In this document: piece by piece, positions 27,929-37,468 of the stretch
Position numbering within the stretch: position 1 is the stretch's first letter
How the letters are laid out: every line of letters begins with the position of its first letter
Assembly: GCA_963804815.1 (NCBI GenBank)
Contig: CAWDRU010000002.1
Location: 5,187,122-5,251,121 of the forward strand
Length of the DNA: 64,000 nt
Reading direction: 5' to 3'
Source of the DNA: Blastocatellia bacterium
GTDB lineage: Bacteria; Acidobacteriota; Blastocatellia; UBA7656
Program-made: the position numbers and the translations under genes
Notes under the pieces: model-generated
Told to the model about the DNA's origin: nothing
The model's input: only the letters and a program-made list of their open reading frames with translations
The model's database searches: none

Positions 27929-28400
27929 CTGGATTCCCCTCACCTTCCTGCTCTAAAGGAAGCGCTGTCGTCTCTTTAGAAGTATTCAGCACGATGGTCG
28001 TTCGCGTGGCGCGGACGCCTTTGATCGTTCCGACCTTTTCTCTGAGCAATCGCCCAAGCATCTCTGTGTTTGCCGCCCGCACCTTCACAAGAAAACAGTC
28101 TTCCCCGGCAACGTGATGCAGTTCGAGAACTTCGGGAAGCCGCGCAAGCTCGCGCGTGACCTTGTCCTCGCCCGCCATCTCTTCTGTTCGCACAAAGACA
28201 AAAGCCAGCAATCCCAGTCCTACGGATTGCCCGTCGAGTTGAACGCCGTATCCTTTGATCACTCCGCGTTCTTCCAGTTTGCGTATTCGTTCGAGCGTCG
28301 CCGATTGCACAAGCCCCACCTGGCGCGCTATTTCGGCATTTGAGGTCCGGGAGTTCTTTTGAAGAATATTCAGTATTTGTTTGTCTATTTCGTTGATCAT
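27921..28400 (-). CDS. Lrp/AsnC family transcriptional regulator
   Basis: MINEIDKQILNILQKNSRTSNAEIARQVGLVQSATLERIRKLEERGVIKGY followed by a RAM-like domain. Overlaps the EamA start by 8 nt. Confidence 0.85.
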   Translation of the reverse strand: MINEIDKQILNILQKNSRTSNAEIARQVGLVQSATLERIRKLEERGVIKGYGVQLDGQSVGLGLLAFVFVRTEEMAGEDKVTRELARLPEVLELHHVAGEDCFLVKVRAANTEMLGRLLREKVGTIKGVRATRTTIVLNTSKETTALPLEQEGEGNPDD

Positions 28401-28661
28401 ACGGTTATAACTCGTATAAACGAATATAATTCTCAAATGTTTCAGATGTCAAGAAGGTCGGATGGGGAAGGATTTCAGCGGGAAAATGAGATCGAAGCGA
28501 TTGGCAGATGGCACTCAATGAAAAGGCGATGTATTATTATTTGCGCATTGAGATTTGAGACTGACGGGTACTGTGCGAGCACTTGACACCTGACTGTTAA
28601 ACAGACCGTGAAAGTCGTTCTCAAATTGCGAAGAATCCCCGGATTGGAAAGGATACTAAAG

Positions 28662-29312
28662 ATGGCTGTTAGATTAGGCGATACCGCACCGGACTTTTCT
28701 GTAGAGACGACGGAAGGCCCGATCAATTTTCACGAATGGATAGGCGATAACTGGGCTGTGTTGTTCTCTCACCCGAAAGATTTCACTCCCGTATGCACAA
28801 CAGAGTTGGGCGAGGTTGCGCGAATCAAACCTGAGTTTGATAAGCGCGGCGTCAAGGTCATCGGCCTCAGCGTCGATCCGGCAGACTCCCACTCGAAGTG
28901 GGCCAAAGATATAGAAGAGACGCAGGGCACGGCCTTGAACTTTCCTCTGATCGCCGACCCTGACCGCAAAGTGTCCGAGCTTTATGACATGATTCATCCG
29001 AACGCAAGCGAAACCTTTACCGTGCGCTCGGTCTATGTGATAGGCCCGGATAAAAAGGTGAAACTGACGCTCACTTATCCGGCGAGCACTGGCCGCAATT
29101 TCGACGAGATACTGCGCGTCATTGATTCGCTTCAACTCACCTCCAAATACAGCGTGGCGACGCCTGTGAACTGGAAAGAAGGCGATGACTGCATAATCGT
29201 TCCTGCCGTGACCGACGAGCAGGCCAAAGAGAAATTCCCCGAAGGGTGGAAGACGCTCAAGCCCTATTTGCGCATCGTCGGGCAGCCCGGCAAGAAAGCC
29301 TCGAACGCTTGA
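28662..29312 (+). CDS. 1-Cys peroxiredoxin (Prx6 type)
   Basis: MAVRLGDTAPDFSVETTEGPINFHEWIGDNWAVLFSHPKDFTPVCTTELG. Confidence 0.9.
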   Translation: MAVRLGDTAPDFSVETTEGPINFHEWIGDNWAVLFSHPKDFTPVCTTELGEVARIKPEFDKRGVKVIGLSVDPADSHSKWAKDIEETQGTALNFPLIADPDRKVSELYDMIHPNASETFTVRSVYVIGPDKKVKLTLTYPASTGRNFDEILRVIDSLQLTSKYSVATPVNWKEGDDCIIVPAVTDEQAKEKFPEGWKTLKPYLRIVGQPGKKASNA

Positions 29313-29449
29313 TTTCATGGCGTCCCGGTTAAAGACGCCCGTACCCTTATACTGTGTTACACGGCTGCGTAGATGTCGCTTTCAGTCAATGAAGGCGACA
29401 TCTACGCATTTCTCTTTACGCATAACAATCGCTCACAAGGAATACCGCC

Positions 29450-30160
29450 TTGACAGGTTTGATCGAAAAACTCGACCTGAGCCGCGAGCCTGAGATGGTC
29501 GTTATCCCCGAAGGCGAATTCCTGATGGGCTGTGAACAGGGCGCTGCGGGCGAGCGCCCCGTTCACAGTGTATGGGTTGATCGCTTCGCCCTTGCCCGCA
29601 CGGCGGTGACGAATCGCCTCTACCGCTTCTTTCTCGAAGAGACACAGCGCGTGAGCATAAACGACGAGCGATTCAATCATCCCGATCAACCTGTGACGAG
29701 CGTAAGCTGGTTTGACGCTACGGATTATTGCGCGTGGCTCAGCCGTCGAACGCAAAAGGCTTATCGCCTGCCGACCGAAGCTGAATGGGAGCGCGCGGCG
29801 CGCGGGCTTCTTGAAGGAAAGTTGTATACGTGGGGCGACGAGCCGCCGACTTGTCAACCGCGATACACTGAATTGTGGCTCACAGGGCCGGAGCGCGTCG
29901 CCCGCCGCTTGCCGAATGGCTTCGGGCTTTACGATATTTCAGAGAACGTTCACGAGTGGTGCGCCGACTGGTTTGACGAGCGTTATTATGAACGCTCGCC
30001 CGCGCGCAACCCTCAAGGCCCGGAGTCTGGAACTCGGCGAGCGTCGCGCGGCGGCTCATGGCGTCACCAGATCAAGATCACGCGCGTCGCTGCGCGCAGC
30101 CGGTTAGCGCCTGAGTTTCGTTACAGCGATTATGGATTTCGACCTGCTATCAGTTTGTAA
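29450..30160 (+). CDS. Formylglycine-generating enzyme (SUMF1/FGE-sulfatase) family protein
   Basis: HSVWVDRFALARTAVTN, PVTSVSWFDATDYCAWL, YRLPTEAEWERAARG, VHEWCADW, RGGSW. Start uncertain (TTG 29450 or ATG 29495). Confidence 0.8.
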   Translation: MTGLIEKLDLSREPEMVVIPEGEFLMGCEQGAAGERPVHSVWVDRFALARTAVTNRLYRFFLEETQRVSINDERFNHPDQPVTSVSWFDATDYCAWLSRRTQKAYRLPTEAEWERAARGLLEGKLYTWGDEPPTCQPRYTELWLTGPERVARRLPNGFGLYDISENVHEWCADWFDERYYERSPARNPQGPESGTRRASRGGSWRHQIKITRVAARSRLAPEFRYSDYGFRPAISL

Positions 30161-30175
30161 AAGGAGAATCGACAG

Positions 30176-30970
30176 ATGCCTTATGTGGAAAGCGATGGCG
30201 CGAAGATTTACTGGGAAGAACATGGAAGCGGCCCGCCGTTGCTGCTGATAATGGGGCTTGGCTACACGCTCGATATGTGGAACCGCGCGCTGCCCGCAAT
30301 GGCCGAGCGGTTCCGAACGATTGTTTTCGATAATCGAGGCGTAGGCCGCAGCGATGTTCCTCCCGGCCCTTACTCGATACAATTGATGGCCGCAGACGCT
30401 CGCGCCGTGATCGACCATGCGGGAATAGATAAGGCGCATGTGTTCGGCGTGTCGATGGGCGGAATGATCGCGCAGGAATTCGCGCTTCAATACCCGGAGC
30501 GCGTGAAGTCGCTCGTTTTAGGCTGCACGGCCTGCGGGGGGCCGAAAGCAGTACCGGCAGCGCCCGGAGTCTTTGCGACGTTGATGGCGCGCGCCCGGAT
30601 GACCCCCGAAGAGGCGATACGAGCTATGATCCCGTTCATCTATGATGAAGCGACGCCGCGCGAGCGAATCGAAGAAGATCTGGAGATCAGGCGGCGGACG
30701 CTTGCTTCGGTCGAAGGCTATACGGCGCAGGTTCAAGCCATCATCGCCTGGCAGTCTTATAACAGGCTTTCGCAGATAGCTGCCCCGACGCTCGTCATCC
30801 ACGGCGAAACAGACAAACTCGTGCCGCCTGAGAACGGCAGGCTCATAGCGGAGATGATTCCCGGAGCCAGACTCATGATGCTGCCAGCAGCGAGCCACAT
30901 ATTTGTCACAGATCAGCCGGAAGCCTCTATCGAAGCCACGCTCGCATTCCTGAGCGGCAACTCGCTTTAA
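30176..30970 (+). CDS. Alpha/beta hydrolase
   Basis: PLLLIMGLG..., nucleophile elbow GVSMGG, C-terminal His context. Confidence 0.8.
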   Translation: MPYVESDGAKIYWEEHGSGPPLLLIMGLGYTLDMWNRALPAMAERFRTIVFDNRGVGRSDVPPGPYSIQLMAADARAVIDHAGIDKAHVFGVSMGGMIAQEFALQYPERVKSLVLGCTACGGPKAVPAAPGVFATLMARARMTPEEAIRAMIPFIYDEATPRERIEEDLEIRRRTLASVEGYTAQVQAIIAWQSYNRLSQIAAPTLVIHGETDKLVPPENGRLIAEMIPGARLMMLPAASHIFVTDQPEASIEATLAFLSGNSL

Positions 30971-31419
30971 AAAGAGAAGCAGGGCACTCGCGCGCCCTGA
31001 TTTCCCTTTGTTGATTGTGTGATTCGTTTAGAGTGCCGATGCACAGCCCGGATGGCCGCAGTTGCAGGCAAGCTCCATCGAGTCGCCTGCCGCCTGGCAA
31101 TAGGGGCTGCAATAATCGCTGCTGTCATCTGTTGCAGCGCAATTACAAATACTGTGCTCGCATGTCTTTGTTTCGTCTGCCATCGCTCGTTTCTCCTGTT
31201 GAAGTTCAAACGTCCCGTCTGTCTTTCATCTTAACAAGTTTCAAGCCGCCGCGCCTCCTCGTAGACGATTCTGCGTCCTGATAAAACCAGAATGGCGCTC
31301 GCGCTCGTAGCAATTCTGGTACTGGCTGATGTAATTGGAAGCGAGATTGAGCGCACCAACCTCACACAACTAAGCCCCGCTTTTAGTTACATCAGATAAA
31401 TAGAGAAGGAGTTAAGCAG

Positions 31420-32181
31420 ATGACGAAACAATTTGAAGGGAAAGTAGCGCTTGTCACGGGCGCAAGCTCTGGCATCGGTCAGGCTGCGGCGCTTGCGTTT
31501 GCGAGAGAAGGCGCAAAGGTTGTCGTTGCCGCGCGCCGCGTTCAACAGGGCGAAGAGACAGTCGATATGATAAAACGCAACGGCGGCGAGGCCGTCTTTG
31601 TCAAAGCAGACATCGCGAGCGCGGCGGAAGTCGAGTCGCTGATGCGCGCAACTATGGAAGTATACGGGAGACTGGATTGCGCCCTGAATAATGCGGGAAC
31701 TTCGGGCCAGTTGATGCCTGCCGTCGATGTGAGCGAGCAGGAGTGGGATTTTGTGATCAATACCAATTTGAAAGGCGCGTGGTTATGCCTCAAGCATGAG
31801 ATTGCGCTTATGGTTAAACAGGGGAGCGGTTCGATTGTCAATATGTCATCGGTGCTGGGACTTGGGGGCACACAGATCGGCGCATCGGCCTACGTTGCCA
31901 GCAAGCACGCACTGGTCGGGCTGACCAAAGCGACCGCAGTGGAGTATGCCAGACAGGGCGTGCGAGTCAATGCCGTATGTCCGGGCTTTATCGAGACCGC
32001 TTTGATCGAAGTGGCAACAACCAGCCCCGAAGCCAAAGACCAGTTGATTGCGTTGCATCCGATTGGCCGACTTGGAAACCCGGAAGAGGTCGCGGAAGCC
32101 GTCGTCTGGTTGTGCTCGGATGCCGCTTCGTTTGTAACAGGACATTCCATGGTTGTAGATGGCGGATATATTGCGCAGTAG
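31420..32181 (+). CDS. SDR family oxidoreductase
   Basis: TGASSGIG Rossmann motif, NNAG, and catalytic YVASK. Confidence 0.85.
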   Translation: MTKQFEGKVALVTGASSGIGQAAALAFAREGAKVVVAARRVQQGEETVDMIKRNGGEAVFVKADIASAAEVESLMRATMEVYGRLDCALNNAGTSGQLMPAVDVSEQEWDFVINTNLKGAWLCLKHEIALMVKQGSGSIVNMSSVLGLGGTQIGASAYVASKHALVGLTKATAVEYARQGVRVNAVCPGFIETALIEVATTSPEAKDQLIALHPIGRLGNPEEVAEAVVWLCSDAASFVTGHSMVVDGGYIAQ

Positions 32182-32244
32182 GGGCTTGCTCTGGCCGGAA
32201 GTCGTCCGGGCAAGCCGCGCGTTGCAAGTTCATGGGTTGCAAAT

Positions 32245-33426
32245 TCATGGCTTGATTGTCGCTTCGATTATCTCGACGCGCACGCGCGGAGTTTCGCCGT
32301 CGCGCGGAAGTTTTTCTATCTGATCTATAACCTCGAAGCCATCCAGCACCCTTCCAAATATCGAGTATTTGTCGTCGAGATGAGGAGCCGGACCAAGCAC
32401 GATGAAGAATGAGGTGCTTGCCGAATCGGGGTCGCTCGCCCTCGCCATCGAGAGCACGCCGCGAATATGCTTCTCATGAGAGAACTCGCCTTTGAGATTA
32501 TGCACCCAGCGGTCTGCGCTGTGGCCTGCGCCGCCCCTGCGCGTCGCGCCGAGGCCCGCTTGTATGACAAAGCCGGGCGCGATACGGTGAAATGCGGTGT
32601 GATCGTACCAGCCGGACTGAACCAGCTTCAGAAAATTGCGCACGTGTTCGGGCGCAAGGTCCGGGTCCATAGTCAGCGTTATATCGCCGAGGGTCGTGCG
32701 CAGCAAAACATCTTTTCGCATCTGATCGACCGAAGCATTTTTGAACGGCTCTTCCTTCTTTGGCTCGATCTTTATGCTCGTGATCTTTACGGGACCGACT
32801 GTTCGTTGCTGAGCGTCCGAGGCGACCATCGAAATTTTATCGACAACCTCGATGCCTTCCGTTACCTGCCCGAAGGCCGAGAATTGACTGTCGAGTTGCG
32901 GCTGCGGCGAAGCGCAGATGAAGAATTGCGCGCCGCCGCTGTTTGCCTTGCCCGGCACACGCACAGCCGAAACCGTGCCGCGAACATGATGAACGTCGCT
33001 GAACTCGTCAGGCATCAGCGAGAGCGCGCCCGTGCCCCAGGTGTCGCGGGATTTCTGAGGGTCTTTGAGGTTTGGGTCACCGCCCTGAATGATTGCGCGC
33101 GCTATCACGCGGAAGAAAGCCGAGCCGTCATAAAAACCTTCGCGCGAGCGTTTGACGAATTGCTGAACATGGCGGGGCGCTTTGTCTGCGAGAAACTCGA
33201 AGCGAATCACCCCGGCATCCGTCGTGATGACGGCTTCGAGGCGCGCGGCTTCTTCGCTGGTTATTAACGCTTCGGTCTTCGCAGGCTGCGCGGCTCTCTT
33301 CTTCTCCTGCGCCAAAGACACGCGCACTGCTGAAAACACAATTAACGCAAAGACGATCAGATGAATTGCTGAGGGTCGCGAAATGTTTATGACGGTCGGT
33401 GCGGTCATCTTTTTTGGCAAAAGCAT
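32245..33426 (-). CDS. Tandem cyclophilin-type peptidyl-prolyl isomerase, secreted
   Basis: N-terminal hydrophobic signal, then two cyclophilin domains (FHRIAPGFVIQAG..., SMARASDPDSASTSFFI; and FFRVIARAIIQGGDP...). Confidence 0.8.
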   Translation of the reverse strand: MLLPKKMTAPTVINISRPSAIHLIVFALIVFSAVRVSLAQEKKRAAQPAKTEALITSEEAARLEAVITTDAGVIRFEFLADKAPRHVQQFVKRSREGFYDGSAFFRVIARAIIQGGDPNLKDPQKSRDTWGTGALSLMPDEFSDVHHVRGTVSAVRVPGKANSGGAQFFICASPQPQLDSQFSAFGQVTEGIEVVDKISMVASDAQQRTVGPVKITSIKIEPKKEEPFKNASVDQMRKDVLLRTTLGDITLTMDPDLAPEHVRNFLKLVQSGWYDHTAFHRIAPGFVIQAGLGATRRGGAGHSADRWVHNLKGEFSHEKHIRGVLSMARASDPDSASTSFFIVLGPAPHLDDKYSIFGRVLDGFEVIDQIEKLPRDGETPRVRVEIIEATIKP

Positions 33427-33450
33427 TCGGCGTTCTCCTGAAGTATATGA

Positions 33451-33699
33451 TTATGCCTGAAGGTTTTCTTCGACTCCATACCTGAAACGCGCGATCTCGA
33501 CGTTACCAGAGTTGTCGAAGACCTGAGCAATGCCGTGTCGCCTGGAGTAATACAGGGCTTCGCCGAGAGCCAGCGCGCGGTCTTCGGTATCGATTTTCAT
33601 GACTTCCTGATCGATTATAGGGTTTCTGATTCTAACTGTGTATATGGTCACTTCGATGCTCTTATCGTCGGGATAAATCATAAATAAATGATTCCACAT
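33451..33699 (-). CDS. Hypothetical protein (82 aa)
   Basis: ORF only; no motif recognised. Confidence 0.3.
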   Translation of the reverse strand: MWNHLFMIYPDDKSIEVTIYTVRIRNPIIDQEVMKIDTEDRALALGEALYYSRRHGIAQVFDNSGNVEIARFRYGVEENLQA

Positions 33700-33774
33700 T
33701 GAAGCGCAAGATGAAAACCGGAAAGCAACCTGTCGCAGATTATCAAACAGCAGGTAAAATACGGTAGAGGCAGA

Positions 33775-34242
33775 ATGTCATCAGACAAAATCGCCATTTA
33801 CACCATCGGTCACGGTCGCCATCCGTTCGACTACTTTCTTGATCTGCTCAGAAAACACGAAATCGCTTTCGTGTGCGACGTGCGAAGCTCTGCGCGTTCG
33901 CGCTGGCCGCAGTTCAACGGGCGCGCGCTGGCCGACGCTCTCCGGCAAAACAAAATCGGCTACGAGCATTTGCCCGAATGCGGGGGCAAGGTGATTGCTC
34001 CGCCCGATGAACTGGCGCGCGGACTTGATCGAATCATCGAGCTTGCCTCAGAGATGCGCGTTGGAGTGATGTGCTCCGAGTCGCAGCCCGTAACCTCTCA
34101 CGCGCGCGAGCCACGAGCCAATTGCCATCGCGTCGGGATGCTTGCGATTCCGCTGCGCGCGCGCGGCGCGCGAATAATTCACATCCTGCCCGACGGCGAG
34201 ACGCTCGAACTGGATGAATCGCTATTGCCTTCGGTCTGGTGA
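33775..34242 (+). CDS. DUF488 family protein
   Basis: IYTIGHGRHPFDYFLDLLRKHEIAFVCDVRS is a typical DUF488 N-terminus. Confidence 0.7.
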   Translation: MSSDKIAIYTIGHGRHPFDYFLDLLRKHEIAFVCDVRSSARSRWPQFNGRALADALRQNKIGYEHLPECGGKVIAPPDELARGLDRIIELASEMRVGVMCSESQPVTSHAREPRANCHRVGMLAIPLRARGARIIHILPDGETLELDESLLPSVW

Positions 34243-35261
34243 GAGCGTTTCAGCTTGTCGTTAAAGAACCGAGTGAGCCGCTCGCTGTATTCCTGTTTTG
34301 CATAACGGGCTGAGCGGGCGTGACGCGCGCCTTCGACAAACCATAACTCTTTTTCGCCGCCGAGCGCATCAAAGATATTCTGCGAGTGCAGGGTGGCTAT
34401 CAATTCATCAGCCGTTCCGTGCACCAGCGCCACAGGGCATTTGATTCGAGCGGCAAGCGCGAGCGGGTCCACAGCCCTGACATCGAAACTGCCTCGATAG
34501 TTTGCGACCTGCAGGGTTGTCCAGACAACAGGGTTTAAAACAGCGCCCGGCAAGTGTGTAATACGGCGCAGAAACTCTTCGCTTACGCGGCGGAGGCTTG
34601 CAAACGGGCTATCGGCCCACACAGCGCGTATCCAGTCGTTATGCGCGGCGACTTGCAGCGCGATTGCCGCGCCCATGGATTCACCGGCCAGGCCAATGCT
34701 GGTTCTATCAACCTTTTTTTCCGTAACCAGCCATTCAATCGCCGCTTCTACGTCGCGCCGCTCAAAAAATCCATACGTGACGTATCGGCCTTCGCTGCTG
34801 CCGTGCGCGCGCCCGTCAAAGATAAGCACGTTGAATCCAGCCTGCCTGAGCGTAAGTCCCGCGCGCAATACGTCCGTGCGATTCTTCTTCACACCGTGAA
34901 GCACTACTATTGTTGGCGCATCAGGGGATGCAGCCATCCACCATCCATATAATTTGGTGGCGTCGAATGACGAGATGATGATGTCTTCAAACTCTATTTT
35001 GCGGCGTTTGATGAGGTGGCGCAGGTGCGGGCTTTTCAGTTGCGATAGCCGCTTCAGTCGAGGCCGAATGAGCAACCCCGACAGCGGATAACTCGTAGCG
35101 CCGATGGCAAGCCCGATCGACCCTGCCGCGCCAAGCCCCAGCAACCCCGCCAGTCGCAGCCATCTCTTCTGACGCGCGACGGCTGTTAAGTCCGAAGGAA
35201 TCGCCGGTTGTTTTTCGTCGTTAACTTCTCCTGTCACATGCGCCTCCCGCCTCTGAATCAA
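34179..35261 (-). CDS. Membrane-anchored alpha/beta hydrolase
   Basis: N-terminal TM segment, HG oxyanion region VVLHGVKKNR, nucleophile elbow GESMGAA. The 3' end overlaps the convergent DUF488 gene by 64 nt. Confidence 0.75.
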   Translation of the reverse strand: MIQRREAHVTGEVNDEKQPAIPSDLTAVARQKRWLRLAGLLGLGAAGSIGLAIGATSYPLSGLLIRPRLKRLSQLKSPHLRHLIKRRKIEFEDIIISSFDATKLYGWWMAASPDAPTIVVLHGVKKNRTDVLRAGLTLRQAGFNVLIFDGRAHGSSEGRYVTYGFFERRDVEAAIEWLVTEKKVDRTSIGLAGESMGAAIALQVAAHNDWIRAVWADSPFASLRRVSEEFLRRITHLPGAVLNPVVWTTLQVANYRGSFDVRAVDPLALAARIKCPVALVHGTADELIATLHSQNIFDALGGEKELWFVEGARHARSARYAKQEYSERLTRFFNDKLKRSHQTEGNSDSSSSSVSPSGRM

Positions 35262-35428
35262 GCCATACAGGTCAATTATAGGATGATACGCAAACGCAGG
35301 CGAGTTGTTCAGGCGGATGGTTCTTATCCGGCTGCCGTCAGATGTGCTAGAATTTTAAGTGGACTGGCGACAATGCCTGCAAATGGCTATGCCGGTCGGC
35401 CCTGAATGAACGCTGGTGGGTGACGATT

Positions 35429-36106
35429 ATGTATTGTAATAAATGCGGGGAGGTGCTTCCTCCGTCGAGCCGGTTCTGCAATGTTTGCGGCTCGGCAGTC
35501 GTGGGCAGCCGTAAAGGTAACGTCGAGAAAGATGACATCGAGCGCGGCCCGGCATCAAAAGGCAATTACGCCGAGATGGATGCGGCGGCGCACCGCGCTC
35601 AAAAGCGGGATGTGCATAAAAGCGCAAGCGATGTGTCGAGATTTGCGCCGAATGAAGAAGTGATCTTCACACTGCGCCCGACTCTGGTCTTTGTTTTCCT
35701 TCGCTACATCGTGGCGGCGCTTGTCGTCATTGCGACGGCAGCCGCGATGGGGCTATTGAGCAGCATGGTGAGTGGAATGGTCGCGCTGTTGATTACGACG
35801 ATAGTCGCGCTCGTGGCGTTTGCAATCCCGGTTTACAAACACATACTGAGAAGGCGCGAAGTCTATACTCTCACCAATCATAAGCTTGAGATGCGCTACG
35901 GGCTGCTTGCGAAGATAGTGCGTAACATACCGCTTCGCAACATACAGGACGTTACCGTTACAGCTTCCGCGTGGCAGCGGCTCATCAACATCGGCGACAT
36001 AGAGATAGACAGCGCCTCGGAAGGAGGCAAAATAGTTCTTGACGACATACACTACCCGGAGCGTTATGCCAGCATCATACTTGGCGAACTTCGTCACCGG
36101 AACTAA
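35429..36106 (+). CDS. Zinc-ribbon plus membrane-flanked bacterial PH (DUF304/YdbS-like) domain protein
   Basis: MYCNKCGEVLPPSSRFCNVCGS zinc ribbon, two TM helices, then LTNHKLEMRYGLLAKIVRNIPLRNIQDV. Confidence 0.7.
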   Translation: MYCNKCGEVLPPSSRFCNVCGSAVVGSRKGNVEKDDIERGPASKGNYAEMDAAAHRAQKRDVHKSASDVSRFAPNEEVIFTLRPTLVFVFLRYIVAALVVIATAAAMGLLSSMVSGMVALLITTIVALVAFAIPVYKHILRRREVYTLTNHKLEMRYGLLAKIVRNIPLRNIQDVTVTASAWQRLINIGDIEIDSASEGGKIVLDDIHYPERYASIILGELRHRN

Positions 36107-36166
36107 AACGCGCGGCGCGGGGTCTAATAGAAGGGGTTGTTAAATCTTCAACAGGGAATCAAACGA

Positions 36167-37384
36167 ATGCTGTACAGAAAAGAGATTTCATTTATTGCGG
36201 CGATTCTATTACTGATCGCATCAGGGGTTATTGTTAAAGCGCAACAGCCGGACAAGCAGCAGGTTGTCGCTGTAGCAACCCATCGACCGCTCGCGGATCT
36301 GTTGCCTGACAAGCTTGCAGGCTTAAAGGCGACCGGCGACATCAAACAATACTCCGGCGACGACATCGGGCAGTTACTCGCGGAGAAAGCAACAATCTAT
36401 CAGGAATACACGGTCGAGCGCGCGGCATCGCGCCAGTACGGCTCGACTCGCATTGATGTCTTTGAGACGCAGACTCCGTTGGCGGCATTCGGACTGCTGA
36501 CTTACACTTCGGGTGAAAGCAAAAGCCACGCGACAGTCGAAGCGATTGGCTCAGGCGGCGCGCGCGTAGACGACGCGCTGGTCTTCTGGAAAGATAATTA
36601 TTTCGTGCGCCTGACTCAGGCAAACGCAGGACTCGCAAACGCGGGACTCGCCCGCGCAGTCGCCGAGGCTATCATTCCAGTCGATCCGCCAACTCGCCCG
36701 CGCCTTCTCGACGATTTGCCGCAGCAAACGATCATCGCAGGAAGCCAGCGTTACTTTCTCGGCCCCGAATCGCTGAACGCTTATATAGAGCACGGTCGGG
36801 AAATGTTTGGATTTGAAGGCGCTGCCGAAGCCGTTACTGCCGAATACCACACAAGAGCGCAGGGCCACGCATCCGCAACGGGTTCGCACGCGTCAGCCGT
36901 GCAGCCTGCGCCGATGAAGATCGTCATTATCGAATACAAGACGCCGCAGTTTGCTTATGACGCTACAGCGCGCGTGACCGGTTACGTCAACTCGCTCAGC
37001 GAAACCGAGCAGTGCCGCATCATCGTCAAGCGCGAAGGGAACTTCATCATCGAAGCCTTAAACTTTCATGATCGCGACGCGACTCAGGCGCTCGTGGATT
37101 CGATCAAGTACCCTTACAGCGTCAAATGGCTCCACGACCCGCGACGGCCCCTGCGCGACCCGTTTCGCATGCAGAAGGCGGCGCAGATGCTGATTTCGAC
37201 ATTCGGACTGCTCGGCGTTTTGATACTTACAGTGCTTGGCCTGGGCTCGGTCTTCGGCACCATAGTCTTTTTGAAACGGCGCAAACGACAGCAGGAAACC
37301 TTCTCTGACGCGGGCGGCATGCTCAGGCTCGATCTCGATCCGTTTGAAGCCAACCTGCTGGGACTGCCACCCAAAAGGGATTAG
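36167..37384 (+). CDS. Hypothetical exported protein with C-terminal TM helix
   Basis: Signal-like MLYRKEISFIAAILLLIASGVIVKAQQ; C-terminal TM LISTFGLLGVLILTVLGLGSVFGTIVFL followed by KRRKR. Confidence 0.5.
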   Translation: MLYRKEISFIAAILLLIASGVIVKAQQPDKQQVVAVATHRPLADLLPDKLAGLKATGDIKQYSGDDIGQLLAEKATIYQEYTVERAASRQYGSTRIDVFETQTPLAAFGLLTYTSGESKSHATVEAIGSGGARVDDALVFWKDNYFVRLTQANAGLANAGLARAVAEAIIPVDPPTRPRLLDDLPQQTIIAGSQRYFLGPESLNAYIEHGREMFGFEGAAEAVTAEYHTRAQGHASATGSHASAVQPAPMKIVIIEYKTPQFAYDATARVTGYVNSLSETEQCRIIVKREGNFIIEALNFHDRDATQALVDSIKYPYSVKWLHDPRRPLRDPFRMQKAAQMLISTFGLLGVLILTVLGLGSVFGTIVFLKRRKRQQETFSDAGGMLRLDLDPFEANLLGLPPKRD

Positions 37385-37460
37385 GGATGAAGGATGAAGG
37401 ATGAATAGAAAATCATGTTTTCCGTTCATCCTTCACCCCTCACCCCTCATCCTTCATCCT
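37384..37460. repeat. GGATGAR-heptamer hairpin element, copy C
   Basis: Left arm GGGATGAAGGATGAAGGATGAAT (37384-37406). Right arm TTCATCCTTCACCCCTCACCCCTCATCCTTCATCCTT (37425-37460). Starts at the last base of the upstream gene's stop codon (TAG 37382-37384). Confidence 0.8.
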
Positions 37461-37468
37461 TATATTTT

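Noticed and set aside
31019-31234. Cys-rich 71-aa ORF (and overlapping 80-88-aa ORFs) in the 30970-31420 spacer
   Set aside because: No RBS, several mutually exclusive overlapping frames and no recognisable motif. Left unannotated as intergenic.
32467-33267. 266-aa ORF antisense to the cyclophilin gene
   Set aside because: The opposite-strand gene has clear cyclophilin motifs, and the antisense product has none.
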